Origin: Lingula anatina | Taxonomy: Eukaryota > Animalia > Brachiopoda | Assembly: GCA_051362555.1 (NCBI GenBank) | Contig: CM120648.1 | Coordinates: 15,806,587 to 15,870,586 of the forward strand | Direction of reading: 5' to 3' | Length of the DNA: 64,000 nucleotides | Notes under the pieces: model-generated | Seen by the model: only the letters and a program-made list of their open reading frames with translations | What the model was told of the DNA's origin: nothing | Databases searched by the model: none | Made by a program: the position numbers and the translations under genes | Part shown: in pieces, positions 1 to 14,095 of the stretch | Numbering within the stretch: the first letter of the stretch is position 1 | Layout of the letters: every line of letters begins with the position of its first letter

Positions 1-50
1 TGCAGAATAAGATTTAGAAAACTTAGATGACGTTTCAACACAGTGCGTAC

Positions 51-558
51 CTAACACCGCCCTTCTGACGGAATATTTCTAGAAATTGTTTGGATTCATT
101 TCCCTGGGTTTCCCTGTGTTGGATAGGAGCGCCACCTAGACTGTCGTCCAACTCCACGGACTTATAAGCTGCCACGCCCATCTCATCCTGAAAAGGACTC
201 GTATGATCTCAATATCATCTCACTCTATAATAAATTGTGATACTAAATAAACTCATTTTATTAACTTTCTGTCTTATTTCAATATTGTATTACTTCTTTA
301 TATTTCTTTCTTTAAATTACAAAATAATTCACTACTAGAGAAAAAGAAAAGCCTGTTACGTTTTCTGCCTGGTACTAGTGAGGTGTATTTAGACTATTTG
401 GCCTTAAATTACAGATCACCTTCTGTCGTCGGTTTTCAGGTGACCTCGACCCATGTTTTCTACCTGAGTCTGTTGCTTTCTTACCTGAGTGCTCTCCTCG
501 CCCAGCCAGAAGTGAATGTGCATCTCAATACGACCCTGGACAAGTTTGGACTGAAAAA

Positions 559-589
<31 letters not shown>

Positions 590-2668
590 CACGGAAAAAC
601 TTGAAAAAGAATATAAATAAGTGTGTAAATAATTAAGACGATTGTAAATAAATAAATGAACAAATGAACAAATACATAAATAAACGAAGATCAATGTTCC
701 TAACAATCAAATAAAAGTAAATTTTATTCAAAAGAAAAAAACATCAACTTAGGGCTAACTGTGGAACAATGCACAAACAATACAGTTGCATCTGCGTCTC
801 TTAACTTCAGGTGGCCAGCTAATTGATTCTGATCATGAATGAATTCTAGCCCATTATTGTCGGTGATATTGAATAAGACAGTAACAGACCCTGTCGTGTC
901 ACGTACCATAATATGTGACATAATTATAGGTCCATTCTACCAAACATCTAATTTCGGTGACTTAATTAACCGCATTCTGATTTGATTATGCTAACCAAAG
1001 CACTAATTGATATTTAATGAGTTTCTGGGTTACAGGCATGAGGTAGATATGAATCTAGAAAGGTGAGTTGTCGACAACAGGTAATTGAATGCAAAATATA
1101 ATCCAGAGGACACAACGCCATATTGTGTCACCTTTATCTCTCCGGACCCTTGTCAACTATAATTACGAAACACAGAGACGCTATTTTTGAGTACTTGCGT
1201 AGCATTTGCACCCAATAATTAATAAAGGGTTGTAAGAACAAGAATGGCGCATCTGTTATGGCTGTTTAGATCTTGGTGAAGTCAATAACTCAACACGCCT
1301 TTCAGCCACACAATGAGAGTTAGGCCTTAATATAACAAATACTACATTGCTTCGGATGCCATTGCTTAACCACCAAGACATACTATCTCCAATATCGTTC
1401 ACAGAGTCACGATCCAAAAACCCGTTTTTATGTTTCAATTTTATGAATTTTGAGTCATTCTCGTCTTGAAGAAAGTGAAAGGAGTTTTTGACAAGTGGCG
1501 CTAAAAAATTGAAAACCTAGAACTCAAAAATGTTTTTTTTTTTTAATCGCAGTTCTTGGAAAGAGCCTATTCTGGTGATAAAGAGAAAATGAGTGAAATT
1601 CCCAACAATTAAAATGCTATATAAAGATATCATTGTTTGTTTTAAAAGACCCCCGTTATGGGTTTTACCATGGTGAGCATGATTTACATTTCTTGTACCT
1701 AGGCCCTACCAAACATGGACCCTAGTTTGAAGAAATCAGCGAATGAGAGGGACGAGGTAAATTTAGGACCAACAGTTGAGAGGATGTTTTGCTTACCTGA
1801 TATACAATATAGGAATCACCGGTGAAGAAGTTGCCATATTCTTTCTCTGAGATAGCCACCACTTTCAATTTCTGGATGAAAAAAGAATATAATTATTACA
1901 TTACATGCAATAAGTTTACTCGTCTCCTAATTCAATTATTTCTCCGAACAATCCCTGAATAATTAAGTCAATTATACAATAATATATATATAAAATAAAG
2001 TTTGGGCGTCTCATTTTTCCTCACACACAGATACAATTAAGGGATTTTCCATTTTATCATCATTTTCACCAAACTCTTTTTCAAGACACCCTCCCCTCTT
2101 CAGAGAATAAAAAGTGGAAAATTAAAAATGATGACTTTTGCCAGCTTAACCCTTGGGGTGAAGATCATCATTTTTTTATTATTTTTCCAAAAGCGTACAG
2201 AGGGCACAACCCCCTCCCCTAGCGTACAAGATGTAGACTTGTGAAAATGATGGTAAAAATGGTTGGTTCCTAACTCTAGAGTATTACAAATTTACGTGAC
2301 ACTGTCATCCACATCATTCATAATATTTAACAAAAGCGCTTAGATTAATGAATCAGTTGGAAATGTACAGATCTGATAAGTAAAAAACAATAGTGTATAT
2401 AAGTCTATCAGTATATTAGAAGTCATTAAGTATGACTAAGATATTCATTGCCTGTCTGTCGTATATGGAGAACTATGTAAATGTGACTATGTAAATGTGA
2501 CTTCAGCGTTTTATTATTTTGTCTCCATTTTCGAAAGATAGAACTTTGCCAAAGTAAAATCTCGTCGACTTCTTTCCTGTTCTAGAAACCTACCTCTATC
2601 CGCCATATCCTGAGGCACGGCTCATCCTTAGGGACATTCCTGAAGGCGGGGTCTACCACAGTACCCAT
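51..2668 (-). CDS. Villin/advillin/gelsolin-family actin-binding protein, 5' part (gelsolin domain 1); gene continues off the left edge
   Basis: Four GT-AG exons splice in frame: 2668-2594 ([25 protein letters not shown]), 1871-1797 ([25 protein letters not shown]), 550-485 ([22 protein letters not shown]) and 187-51 ([46 protein letters not shown]). The motifs [20 protein letters not shown] and ELDDxLGGxPxQHRE are diagnostic of gelsolin domain 1. Confidence 0.93.
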
Positions 2669-2940
2669 GCTGGACTGGAATAATAACATAATAACATTAA
2701 AATATATGGTTATATACAAATATATAGTTATATAAACCAGGGACATTCCTGAAGGCGGGTCTACCACAGTACCCATGCTGGACTGGAATAATAACATAAT
2801 AACATTAAAATATATGGTTATATACAAATATATAGTTATATCAACCAGGGACATACGTAAAGGCGGGTCTACCACAGTACCCATGCTGAACTGGAATAAC
2901 AACAATATATGGTTTTATACAAACATATAGTTATATAAAC
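2631..2940. repeat. About three tandem copies of a 108-bp unit spanning the splice acceptor and start codon of the villin-like first coding exon
   Basis: GGGACATTCCTGAAGGCGGG(G)TCTACCACAGTACCCATGCTGGACTGGAATAA recurs at 2631, 2740 and 2848 (third copy more diverged). Minus-strand ATGs fall at 2668, 2776 and 2884. Confidence 0.95.
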
Positions 2941-3111
2941 GAGATCTGTTGGGTCAAATAAGGGTAAGGGGGTGGTGGGGTTTTATCACCCTCCCCATCC
3001 CTACACCCCTAACTACACACAATCACCAGCCCGACTGTGTTCTTTAATTTGTTACATACATGTAGAATTCAAATTAGTTACCCTATTGTTTTTAAACTGG
3101 CTATATGTTAT

Positions 3112-3123
3112 CAGGCCCGTAGC

Positions 3124-3154
<31 letters not shown>

Positions 3155-3302
3155 GAGGGGTTCGAAAGAACCGCCCCTTTTTCTGGGAAAAGGTCCACTC
3201 TGGGTAAAATTTGATCTAGGTACGTGACGTTTTTATTTGAAAAGGTCCATTTTTTAAAAAAAAAAGACCCACCCCCTTTTGAAATTGCTGGCTACGGGCC
3301 AG
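3112..3302. mobile_element. Short non-autonomous DNA element (hAT-like MITE)
   Basis: Terminal inverted repeats CAGGCCCGTAGC ... GCTACGGGCCAG, an internal poly-G run and repeated AAAGGTCCA. No clear target-site duplication. Confidence 0.45.
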
Positions 3303-3492
3303 TTATAAAGTACACTCTGATATCAGAGGCTCCTTAAATAGCATACAAAAGTAAAGTGTCAGCGACACCAACTTTGTAACAAACTACTAACAGTACTTGT
3401 AATTATATTGTTGCAAGAGAAACGCCAGGATGCAGATGTAAATTTGCTGCGACCACACCCCTTTATAATCCCACTGATTTGTCCCTGGTACT

Positions 3493-3650
3493 GGGGCTAT
3501 TAACTGACATCAGTAAAGCATTCGACAAGGTCCGCCCTCATTGATTCATACAGCAGAATTTAAAAAAGCATGATCGAAAGGTTCACTGTCACCTAAATCG
3601 GGACATTCAATATCTCAGTGATTGCCTAGTTTGGGACAAGGGCAACCAAA
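3493..3650 (+). mobile_element. Degraded LINE (CR1/L2-like) reverse transcriptase fragment
   Basis: Translates GLLTDISKAFDKVRPH, matching the D(I/F)SKAFDxV motif of non-LTR reverse transcriptases; a stop follows immediately. Confidence 0.5.
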
Positions 3651-5771
3651 ATATGTGCTAACTCCCTGCACAAATTATGTGGAATGAACATCTTGTCTTT
3701 AAACGCAAAATAATGCATAATGTGTTGTGTTGAGGCACCTTCTACACTGGGTAATTCCATTCAAATCCCCATAGTGATACACAGTAAAACATCATGCGCA
3801 CAGTAGAATTTGTTTACTCATAGATGGGACTTTTCTGGCACAATATTTCAAAAACAAATTATTATTGATATCAACAAAAATGTATTAAAGTCTTGATATC
3901 ATCATAATCATGTTGTTGTGGATCATCTACCTTCGCGACACGTTAAACGTGTCAATTCCACGTATTTAACATTGTTCGAATTGTATCACGTGCAGCTGAC
4001 TTCAAGTTATTCTGTTCAGATAAAAATCAAAATTTCAACTCCTATAACAAATAATTGTGCTAAAACGACACATGATGATACGATAATAACTATCGAATGT
4101 ATGAAATAATTGTCACTTCAAAGCCTAGTTTCCTTTCTTTCGAGTGAGATTTATGTCGGCCACGCCCTTCATCCTGCTCTTTTCCCCGCAAGGCAACAGA
4201 TAGTCCAATGAAACGATATTGTCCTCGACTTACTCACACAATACAGTAGTTGCCCATATGAAATATGAATTATTTTGATATTGTGTCACAACACCAAGGA
4301 ACTGACAACAACAAAATAAACAAACCGTGAAAGATACACCTAAATTTTAATACTATTTATTCGGTATAACACGTAAATGTGACACGAGTTTATGATATGA
4401 CAACTAAAATGAATTAATAAAAACATATCATTCATAACCTAGTACAATGATTTATCACAGTCATAGGATAAGGTATTGTTTAAATTATTTTTACCTATGG
4501 CGTCAGTTTGCTGCCATATAAGATCATGGCTACATGAAAGCTGATCACAAAGAGGAAGCAATTTAAACATAGTCAGTTCTTTATGAAAGATATCAGATGT
4601 TCACTTTCATATACGTTCCCCGTCTTATTATAGACTTGGACCTAAATAGATCTCTATTTAGGTCCAAGTTATAGACGATAATCAATCTATTTTAGACCAT
4701 CAACGATATATTTCTTTCTTTCTGAAAGCCGCTTCTCCCCCCCCCCCCCCTCTCTCTCATTTTACTTTCGATGGAAAACACCTTTCTGTTACTCCAAATT
4801 TTTGAAGAAAAGTTCGCGAAAACGTAAAGTAAAGTTAACGTTAACACTTCGGGAGAAGATCTCAAACATTATAGCGTAAGACAGACATTCAAAAGTGAAC
4901 CATTTCTTTCCTCGAAAACTACACAAACTTTACCTTATTCTACGACGTGACACTTTCTACAACCTCCGCGGGATCCGCCCTGCTCGACACTCTAACACCG
5001 GAGTCAAGATACAAACGACATTAGTTCTTATCTTAGTGGTCAATCACTGCCCGAGGAATCGCCACTGAATCAGCTGTGAGAGGAGATTACTATCTGGTCA
5101 ATTAGTTGGTGCAGCATGGGAAAGCTGGCGGCAAAACAGGGCCCATTTTTATTAAACCAGGCGTGAGCTGTGTTAACCAAACAGACGAGTCACAGGGACA
5201 AAGCCAAGATAACCCCCCAGCCCTGCCTACACAGCCCTGCCTAGGAGTACTGTAGGAATATTAAAGATAAAGTAGCCGAATTATTGGCACGGATTGAGCT
5301 ACTTAAGCATAGACAGTAATTTATTCAAAGGAAGGCCTCATTTTTCATTAATTTTATTGATTTCTTATTCTCACGCCATGTTTTATATTATTGTATTTCA
5401 TTTGTTTTAATCTTATTTGTTTTAATTTTTCAATGAAAATTAACTTCCCAATCTCTGTTAATATATCACAACGCATTCAAAGGTGAAACCATGATCATTG
5501 TCACATATTCCCTGTATCATTTCCCCACTGTGATCTTTTGAAAAATGTTGATGTACTTTATATGTTCTAAACATGCCATATCTGATTCATATTTTCTTAT
5601 CGATCACACAGCTGGGTTTATGGTGACATGCGCTTCTTAATTCGTCCTCTTTCCCTTAAGGATATGAATTTCCTCAGTTGCGGCCCTCACCCGACGAACA
5701 CACAGAAAATACTTAAAGTGATAAAGAGTAGACACAATTTATAATATGCCCTACTGGTGAAAGTATTGTGG

Positions 5772-5828
<57 letters not shown>
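5772..5828. repeat. (TAA)n microsatellite
   Basis: Pure ATA/TAA run; source of the spurious poly-Tyr ORF. Confidence 0.95.
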
Positions 5829-6664
5829 TGCAAACAAGCCACCCTTCCTCGGATAAATGAAGCTGTGGCGCAAATGAATTCGATCTTTCAAGTTTAGATA
5901 ATTCAGGATTTTAAGGTTTCCAATTTTGTCCATATTGTAAAGCTTTCTAGTGCCATCACTGGCAGATCAATACTCTTTTGATGCGACTTCGGAAGTAACC
6001 TGTCTTTTGCACTCTTAAACACATTACTAATAGCAATTGCGATGCCAAAAATTAAAATCATACTGATTTCAAAAACTATGTCCAAGTTAGTAGCAAGATA
6101 AATCTGGTAGAGGACAAGTAAAATTTGAACTATGATTTAGCCCAGGTATTTGTTAATTCATTTTGTCATCTTTCAATCCAAAAGTCAAGAACGCACGCCT
6201 TTAAACGCCTGGTAGTGCACGTTTTTAAGTAAACTGGTTTAAAACAAACCATATTCGCCTTTATAGATAAAATATAAATGCCTCAATCTGTACATATATG
6301 CCGTGCTGTTGACAAACCTAACTACTCACTTTGTGAACAAATTGTCCTTAGTTGATTTATCCCAGGTGAAACCTGCGTCCTCGGTTGATTTATCCCAGGT
6401 GAAAGCTGTGGCACTGGCTTTGCTACCCCGTTAAGTCCACCGAGATCGTAACACGTGTAACTTAACTGAGCAATGTCGCATTACATGTCGAAGATACCAT
6501 AAGCGACAGCCCCGTGTGCCTTATTAATAATCTATCTGGGCAAATGGGAACTGGTCACGCTAAGAGTGACGTAACACCTTAGTACAGTAAGGGAGTGTCT
6601 AGGGTTTTGCGGAGGGGGGGGGGGGGGTGAGGGTAGGGGTCTTTCAGAATAAGTTAGGTAGTAG

Positions 6665-6885
6665 TAGCTAAGGCACACTAACTTCACGGGGACTCTTGCT
6701 GAATGTAGTCAGCTTAACTGATTCAAATTAACACGCCTCATATTGTCGTTGAATAGAATATAGAAAAGCTGGTGATTATACGAGTACGCAGTGACAAGAT
6801 GAGTCGTTTCAGTCCCTTAATCTGATTACATTCAGCGAGAGTCCTTGATGAGTTAGTAAGCACAAGCTAGTGAAACCTAGCTCAT
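6665..6885. mobile_element. Degenerate copy of a dispersed fold-back MITE family
   Basis: GGACTCTTGCTGAATGTAGTCAG ... CTGATTACATTCAGCGAGAGTCC form an inverted pair; the same core occurs at 12.9, 44.0 and 57.0 kb. Confidence 0.55.
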
Positions 6886-9800
6886 TCTGAACGGCCCTAT
6901 AGAGATATAGAAATAACCTTATTGCTTTCGGCAAATATAAAATGTTGCAGGAAGACAACTTTCACAGTGACATTTTGGCATAAGGATGGGAAATGATTAT
7001 GTTAAGTCCAAGAGTACTATATTGTAATACTGTTGATCATAAATCTAATTGCCACTTATCATAATCATTTCCCAAATCTCAAATGAAAAAGTGCTAAATA
7101 GAGGATATACTATAAAGGACGACGCTGCAGACAATCAGAGAGACAAGAAATACTTTTATGTCGCATCCTGAGAAGAACTAGAACATTGGGCAATCACTAA
7201 TAGAACAGAGAGAGATAGTAAGAGGGAGACAAAGCTTGACATTCAGCCAGTGATTGACAGGGAATAACATCAAATATTTGATCAGAAATTTTAACGAAAG
7301 AAAACTATGGAGATTGACGGCCGCCAACGTTCTTCTAAGATCAAGGCATCTAAACAGTGAGATAATATAATGCAAAAACGGTGAAATACTCTGTCACGTA
7401 TCTTCATAATTAATAATTTTCAAACAAAATCACGTTCTCTTTTCAATACCTAATTTCATAGCAGGATATTAAATGTAAACCACAATCATTTCAATGAAAA
7501 ATATTTTGTTATTATTAAAGATGGTGATTAAGGCTACCACTAATTTCCAGTATATTTCCTCAAGTTAATTGCAATACTTCGTGACCACTGCTGAACTTCC
7601 CAGTTTGCTACTGAAAACAATAAACAAGCTGACGTCTTCATCAGAATCCAAATCTTTAACCGCAAAAGCTTAAAATAGAGAATAATAAACAATAATAATT
7701 CATGACTTTTACTCCAGTACCACGTCTCCCATTAGAAACAATAACCAAATTGACAACTTCGTCAGAAAGCAAATTTTAAACCACAATACTTAAAAAGAGA
7801 TGACACAAGCCAAAAGATGACAAATCACAAACGCTGCGCGTACTGATAATGTGTCTGGAGATAAATGAAATGCAATATATTCAATTACAGCAAACCTTCA
7901 ACTCGACTTGCTGCACCAAAGGAATTGAGACCGATCCTTGGGCCTTCTTCTACCCTCCATAAATCTACGGTAGTACGTCGGGTTAATTACGGTAGCTCCT
8001 GTTTATGTTAGAAAAGATGCGCTCACTTTGATTGAACTGCTAGTGCGACATAAGTCATACCGTAAGGCCCCATAGGATATAGAACTAGCATTGTTTGGTT
8101 CGGCAAATATATGGTGTTAGCCGAGGGCAACTTCACTCTTCTATTTTGGCACATGGATGGAAAAATAATTACGTTCATTTGTAAAAATTTGGCTTATGAT
8201 TAACATCATCATATAATGACACTCCAGGACTAAACATGCCGCACGCTCTCGTTATAAAAGAACATGACATCTAAACATGCCGACTTTTGTATTTGGGAAA
8301 AGTATGCTTCACTTTTGTCTATATGACTTAGATAAGACCAACTTTCTTAATAAATTCATTTAACAAAATATACTTTGGCCCTAAACCACAATGTCTAAAA
8401 CGGGAGCACTCACACGTTGATCGTTACTTATGATATTAATGAAATGCGGTTAATTAAGCTTTTATTTCCTTAATGAAAGGGGGAGAACACTGCGTGATTA
8501 GAGTGGACAGTGGACAGTCTGTGATGACCAGGGACACCTGTATCAGATCTAACAAGCGACCCCACAATCATGGCGTCATCGAAATACGAGTTGGAAACTC
8601 GTTAGGTGAATAACAAGCACGGAATGTAATACAATATGGTGCGCGTGCAGCGAGGAAAATATATCTCTGATCGAGGCGTAGTCTATCGAATAAAATTTAA
8701 ATACACAAAATGGATATTTTTTTTTCTTAGTCATTGATTATTAAGAGTGATTGGAACGAATTGGGATAGGGCACGGTCCTTCGTGCACGAAGCTCGATTT
8801 ACGTTGAATCAGCCATAGCATTCTCATTATACGAAAATAAAGTCAACTGAAGTGTTCAGTAAAAATAAAACATCCACTTATCACGCTTAAGTGTCCCTTT
8901 TCGTTATCAGTCATACTAGCGAATAAATTCAAGTTTAGAAAAGTTCGTAGCAATAGAAAAATGAGATTAGATTTACTTCATATAATATACAGTCTGTACT
9001 TAAGACACGGGATCATTTCTCCCGTGAATTCCTGTAACAAGACACTTTTTTTTGTTCTGTTTGATTTTTAAACAGTGTTTGCTTACTGAAAAGGTAAAAG
9101 TACACAGTTATGCTCATTCGGTGAGAAACGATGACAGACCCAGGAAACTGGGGGGGGGGGGGGGGGGGGGGGGGCAGAAGACATTCTTTTCTCTTGACTT
9201 CTGAGGCACTATCCTCCTCTCCCCCATCTCAAGACCCTAGAGAAATTTAAACAAGCAAAATTCGACACTTGTTCATTTGTGTCAACGTGGTTTAGTAACA
9301 TTGTCATGATAACAAAAATACTGTATATATATTTTTTTTTTAAGTTCCCTTTCTTCCCTCTTTCATTCACCGGTGAGAGAGCATAATGGTATGCGCCTTT
9401 GATCAAAACTAGGATATTTGACGTATTTCGTGCTCAACATCATGAAGTAGACCATTTGTCAGGAGGAAATGTTTGAATATTCCATCATCAGAAATGGCAG
9501 TAGTCAGACACATAATGGTCACTACTTGAAACAAGAGTTATCTGTCATCTCAATCAGAGGACACTTGTCAGGAACCATGTCATTAGGGCCCCTAACCGGC
9601 GTGATGGCTGCTTTGACTTTCAAGTACAGCCTGTAGTTATGGCCCCTGACAGCTTACGTGGACATGGTCAAATTTGTAATACATATAGACGAACTTGTAC
9701 CTCGCATACATGACCTTAACCTTTGTGATACTTCGTAATACATTTATAGAAGGATGATGTGAAATAAGCCAGTTAGAAGCAGACATGCACGTGCACACAT

Positions 9801-10486
9801 CCAGAAAGCCAAACGCACACAAAAACACGCACGCGCACAGAATAACATACACATGCATACACACACTCACACACATGTACACACACGCGCACGTACACTA
9901 TGCAAGTGACAAACAAGATCGCCGAATTTATCAATCATGATTTAAGGAAAAAATAATAAGAATAACGAATTAAAAAAAGGAAACAAAAATAATAGAAATA
10001 TAACGAATTTAAAAAAAGAAACAAAAAGACAACGAAAACGCCACACGAAGCCTGGATAACAGTCGAGTAGGACCAATAAACAACTGCTACATCAAAAAGA
10101 AATTATTGCACCTGCACCTATTGACCTCACAGAGCAAGGACTGCTGGGAATGTGCAGTAAATCTGGATGCAAAGAGTGATTTGTAATTTGCCTGTTTATA
10201 GATAAGAGAGGAGTGTAGAGCACCGTTTACACTGAAGGTCGTCTTTTCTGCGTCCCGTAGTAAGGCCCCAATTGAGAGTTAAAAAAAAACACTTAACGTG
10301 CCGACAACTGGCCGATCATTGAGCAATCATTCTGCAACCAATTAAAGCCATGCTTGTGCCACCTTACTACGACCACAGTGCTACCAGTTTCATGGTCGTA
10401 GAAAGGACACCGTCCAGTGTAAAAGGAGTTTGAAGTATTGATGACTGATGCGATCAGTCACTTAATATTCGATTGTTCTACATTAT

Positions 10487-10527
<41 letters not shown>

Positions 10528-12865
10528 GGCGGGGCATGTGATTTTCTGGCACTACTTAAAAGACAAAAGATATTTGGGTCTGTATTTAATTTGCCAATGG
10601 CCACTCTATAGAAAAAAAAATTGTGTAATATATCATTTTTTTAATTTCAACAATTTTCTACTAAGGTCTATGTCTTTACAATTTCATTTTCTGATTTTTC
10701 TCGTTTTACTTATTGGTTGCGTTGTACATGTAAATATTAAATTATTGATTTTTCAAAGTAAAACATTGTGTAAACAGCCTTAAGCTCATGCAACGCAATT
10801 TAGCGAGAATCCCCTCAGAGACGGGTCGATCATGCTAGATCTATCTAGGTAAGGGAACGGGGTCTATGATAACACAGACAACAATGTCACGGTTACTTCC
10901 CTGGACGGTGTGTAGTTACTCGCGCTCTGTTGATTCAGGCGCCTGTGCTTGTTACGGTTCATCTCTGCCAAATTAAGCAATGACACATATAATCGGTTGA
11001 CTAAAACTACTATGTGTTGTGTATGATACAAAACAAGACCTCCTGACTTTATCATTATATTGGTCAGCAGAAAGAATTCGTTCCCTTATGTTCAACCACT
11101 AAAATATGTTATTACATTTTCTGTCGTGAGAATCTTCGAGAGAATCTTTGAATTAAAATATAATGGCTGCTCTTATGTAGTTCTTCAAGTATGATGACGA
11201 CACAGAAAAAATAAAGAATTTGGCGATAGGCGTGTGGGACTTTAAGTAATTAATATTATAGAGATATTAATTTAACCTGATGTACACAACCGACTCTCAT
11301 CGACGGTCTTCTTCAGAATGTGTACAACCTAGCGGCCACTTAGTATATGTACAAATTATCTTTATCATCTAATGAACACCGTACAGTTTGAGCCTCAGCT
11401 AGCATGAGAGCTTTATATGTGTTTTGTTTGTTTGCAAATAACGATCTATGAGCGATACTTGTGTCAGGCTTAGCCTATCTCTGTCGTGGCCAGTTTCGGC
11501 TAACACGTCCTTGACACTTTGATGATAGATTACGTTATTATGCCACAGAGGTTTGATTCACTAAATTTCATTCTCTTTCTGAATGTTCAGCTGTATGTAC
11601 ACGTGTTATACCCCTTAATTTCTTGCGCAAAATCTATGTTTACTTACCGAGAAATGTGCTGCAAATTCTCCTTTGGTGGTGATTTGTGCTCAAGAAAACC
11701 AAGCGAGCCGGTCACGCACGCTTTCGGCTGGCCAGTACGAAGGTGGACTGAGCTTGACCACTGACACCGGCGTGTTTTGTGGTGTATAATTAGTCCGGCG
11801 TCAAAAACAGTTGTATGCATAAAATGGCAGTGTTGAACAATGGCGCTTTTTCCTATACCTTAGGCTTCCGAATAGCGGTGTCAGTGTGCCACTACGTGTT
11901 TGGGGGGATTTAAAGCTCGAATTTATGTTAAAATATGAATACTGGACACTGGTTTTAGCGTGTAGAGAGGGTAATAACGGCGTTGATTTTATTGGTAGAT
12001 TGCGTTTTGGTGCTAGCGCTATTATTCTTTGTACTAGCACATTATAAGTGATGGGAGGGGGGTAGGTACATGTAATGTACATGTACAGGTTGCTTTCGTT
12101 TTTTTTTTTTTTTTTTTTTTTTGTGTTTTGTGTTTTAACTCTATCTGCAGAATGTTTTTACCCTGATATCAAGGGCCTCTAAAAATATACAAAATTTAAT
12201 AAGCATGGGTGCGATACAATAACTCTGTAACAGACTAGTAGCGCACCCTGTGGTCAGAGAGTAAAAGCACCAGTATCTACCTTCAAAATGATTTGTCACA
12301 CTACGGTAAAACTAAGAATTTTGTGAGTTTACTACGCTTTTTAAAATAAAATACGACATTTTCTTTTAAGTATCATTCGTACATGTTTTTTTTCTATAAC
12401 ACCCATCAGTTTCTTTTTTATCTTGATGTATTTATTTAACTATTTATTTTGGGGGGAGGGGTGGAGTGGGCTGCTGCCCACACCTGTCTCCTTTGTTTTC
12501 TGAAATTAGTGAATTAAGAGACGAAAATCATGACACAGCCAGTGACCATGACGCAAACACTAGACAATTTTGAACGCGGTGATCTTAATCAGACTACGCC
12601 AATGGGGACACGCAGTATGTTACGCCTGTGGTCAAGCGTCTTATCGGCGTCCATCACAATGAAAGCATTGTCCATCCCTCTTGTCTCCCCGTGGTTCCAG
12701 CCCTGATGAGTGTCCAGTACCCGTCCACCCTGGGAAGTGAATGGACTTTATCTAACGCCATCTTTGGCCCATAGCCTGCTGTACAAATAGACTTATGTAT
12801 TTGATCGCAGGCCTTTTTCACAAGAGCTACAGTCCCCAAAATGGCCTGGCTTTTAACTTATATAA

Positions 12866-13111
12866 GGGCGCATTTTCATTGAAACTATCGGTCTACGTAC
12901 ACATAACTAGCTACGAGGAGACGTCTCGCTGAATACAATCAGGTTAACGCCTCATTTTGTTTCTGACGTGATAGTATTGTCACCAGATTTTCTGTATTTT
13001 ACTCAACGCCAGGGGGAGAAATGTTAATCTGTTAAACTGATTGCATTCAGCGAGGGTCCACACAGAGTTGGATCGATCTAGGCAGACCGATAGTTTCAAT
13101 GGAAATGAGCC
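12866..13111. mobile_element. Fold-back MITE (Harbinger-like), same family
   Basis: Outer inverted repeats CATTTTCATTGAAACTATCGGTCT / AGACCGATAGTTTCAATGGAAATG and inner CTCGCTGAATACAATCAG / CTGATTGCATTCAGCGAG. Confidence 0.65.
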
Positions 13112-14095
13112 AAGATTTTCAACTGAGTCACTGCCGTTAAGGAAATAATGACGTGCGTTTCACTTCTGACTAAAATAAGTAGAACAGTAGAATACCACCA
13201 CCCCCCCCCCCAAAAAAAAAAAAAAAAAAAAAAACTGTTTACAGATGCTGCTTTTTACAGCGGTCTAAAAAGGTGACAGAGAGATAATCAATAATCAAGT
13301 CGCTTTGTAATGCAAGGAAAGGAAACGGCTGTTGTGACTGCCCTCTATCGGCTATGTGACACACTACGGGGATGGGAAACACATAAGGGAAATCTCGCAG
13401 GTTGGGCTATAGGATTGATAATCATTATCCTCTTAGTGGCTTTATATGAACTCAGTCAAGCATTCATTCGAAAAGAAGCCGCCGTTTATAACACAACGAA
13501 ATATTGTTCAATTGTCTGTTAGGTCGGTATTTATATGTAGCTGCCTTTGTCAGCTGAACACTGCCTCATATAGTTAGCCTACGTTGCAATGGCCTTGGGC
13601 CTTAAGATTTTCCTGGGCTTTGTGTCTTTGATGAAGTAAATTTTACTATGCGGCTCTTACCATGTACTAGGATTTTCGTAATGAACCATTGGATAGAGAA
13701 ACCCTCTTTGGAATACACTTACTTTATCATCAAAATATATTTTATTGAAGAAATGCTATGACTCATTGTGATCACAACGAGTTGGAAACGTTAATTCACA
13801 CATTGGTGAGATTGCGAAAAAAAATTTTTCAAATTTCAACACTGTTTAATTTTAATTCGTTTTGTATATGGAAGTTTTACTTTATCTTGCGGTTATGTCC
13901 TATAACTGTTGATATATGTTAAAAAATTTGAATGTGAAAATAATTCCATTGGATCGCAGTTTTGATAGACTGTTTTCATTTAATATCAAATACCAAATAG
14001 TCTATCTCTATAGATGGCGACGACATGATCAAGTGCGACGCTATCAGTATGAGACTGTATCGTGGAGTTTCCTGACCACACACATTATGAGAATT

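Noticed and set aside
4900-5100. Non-coding first exon and promoter of the villin-like gene
   Set aside because: A plausible minus-strand donor (AAG|GTAAAG near 4933) and a GC-rich patch exist, but nothing else supports it without transcript data.
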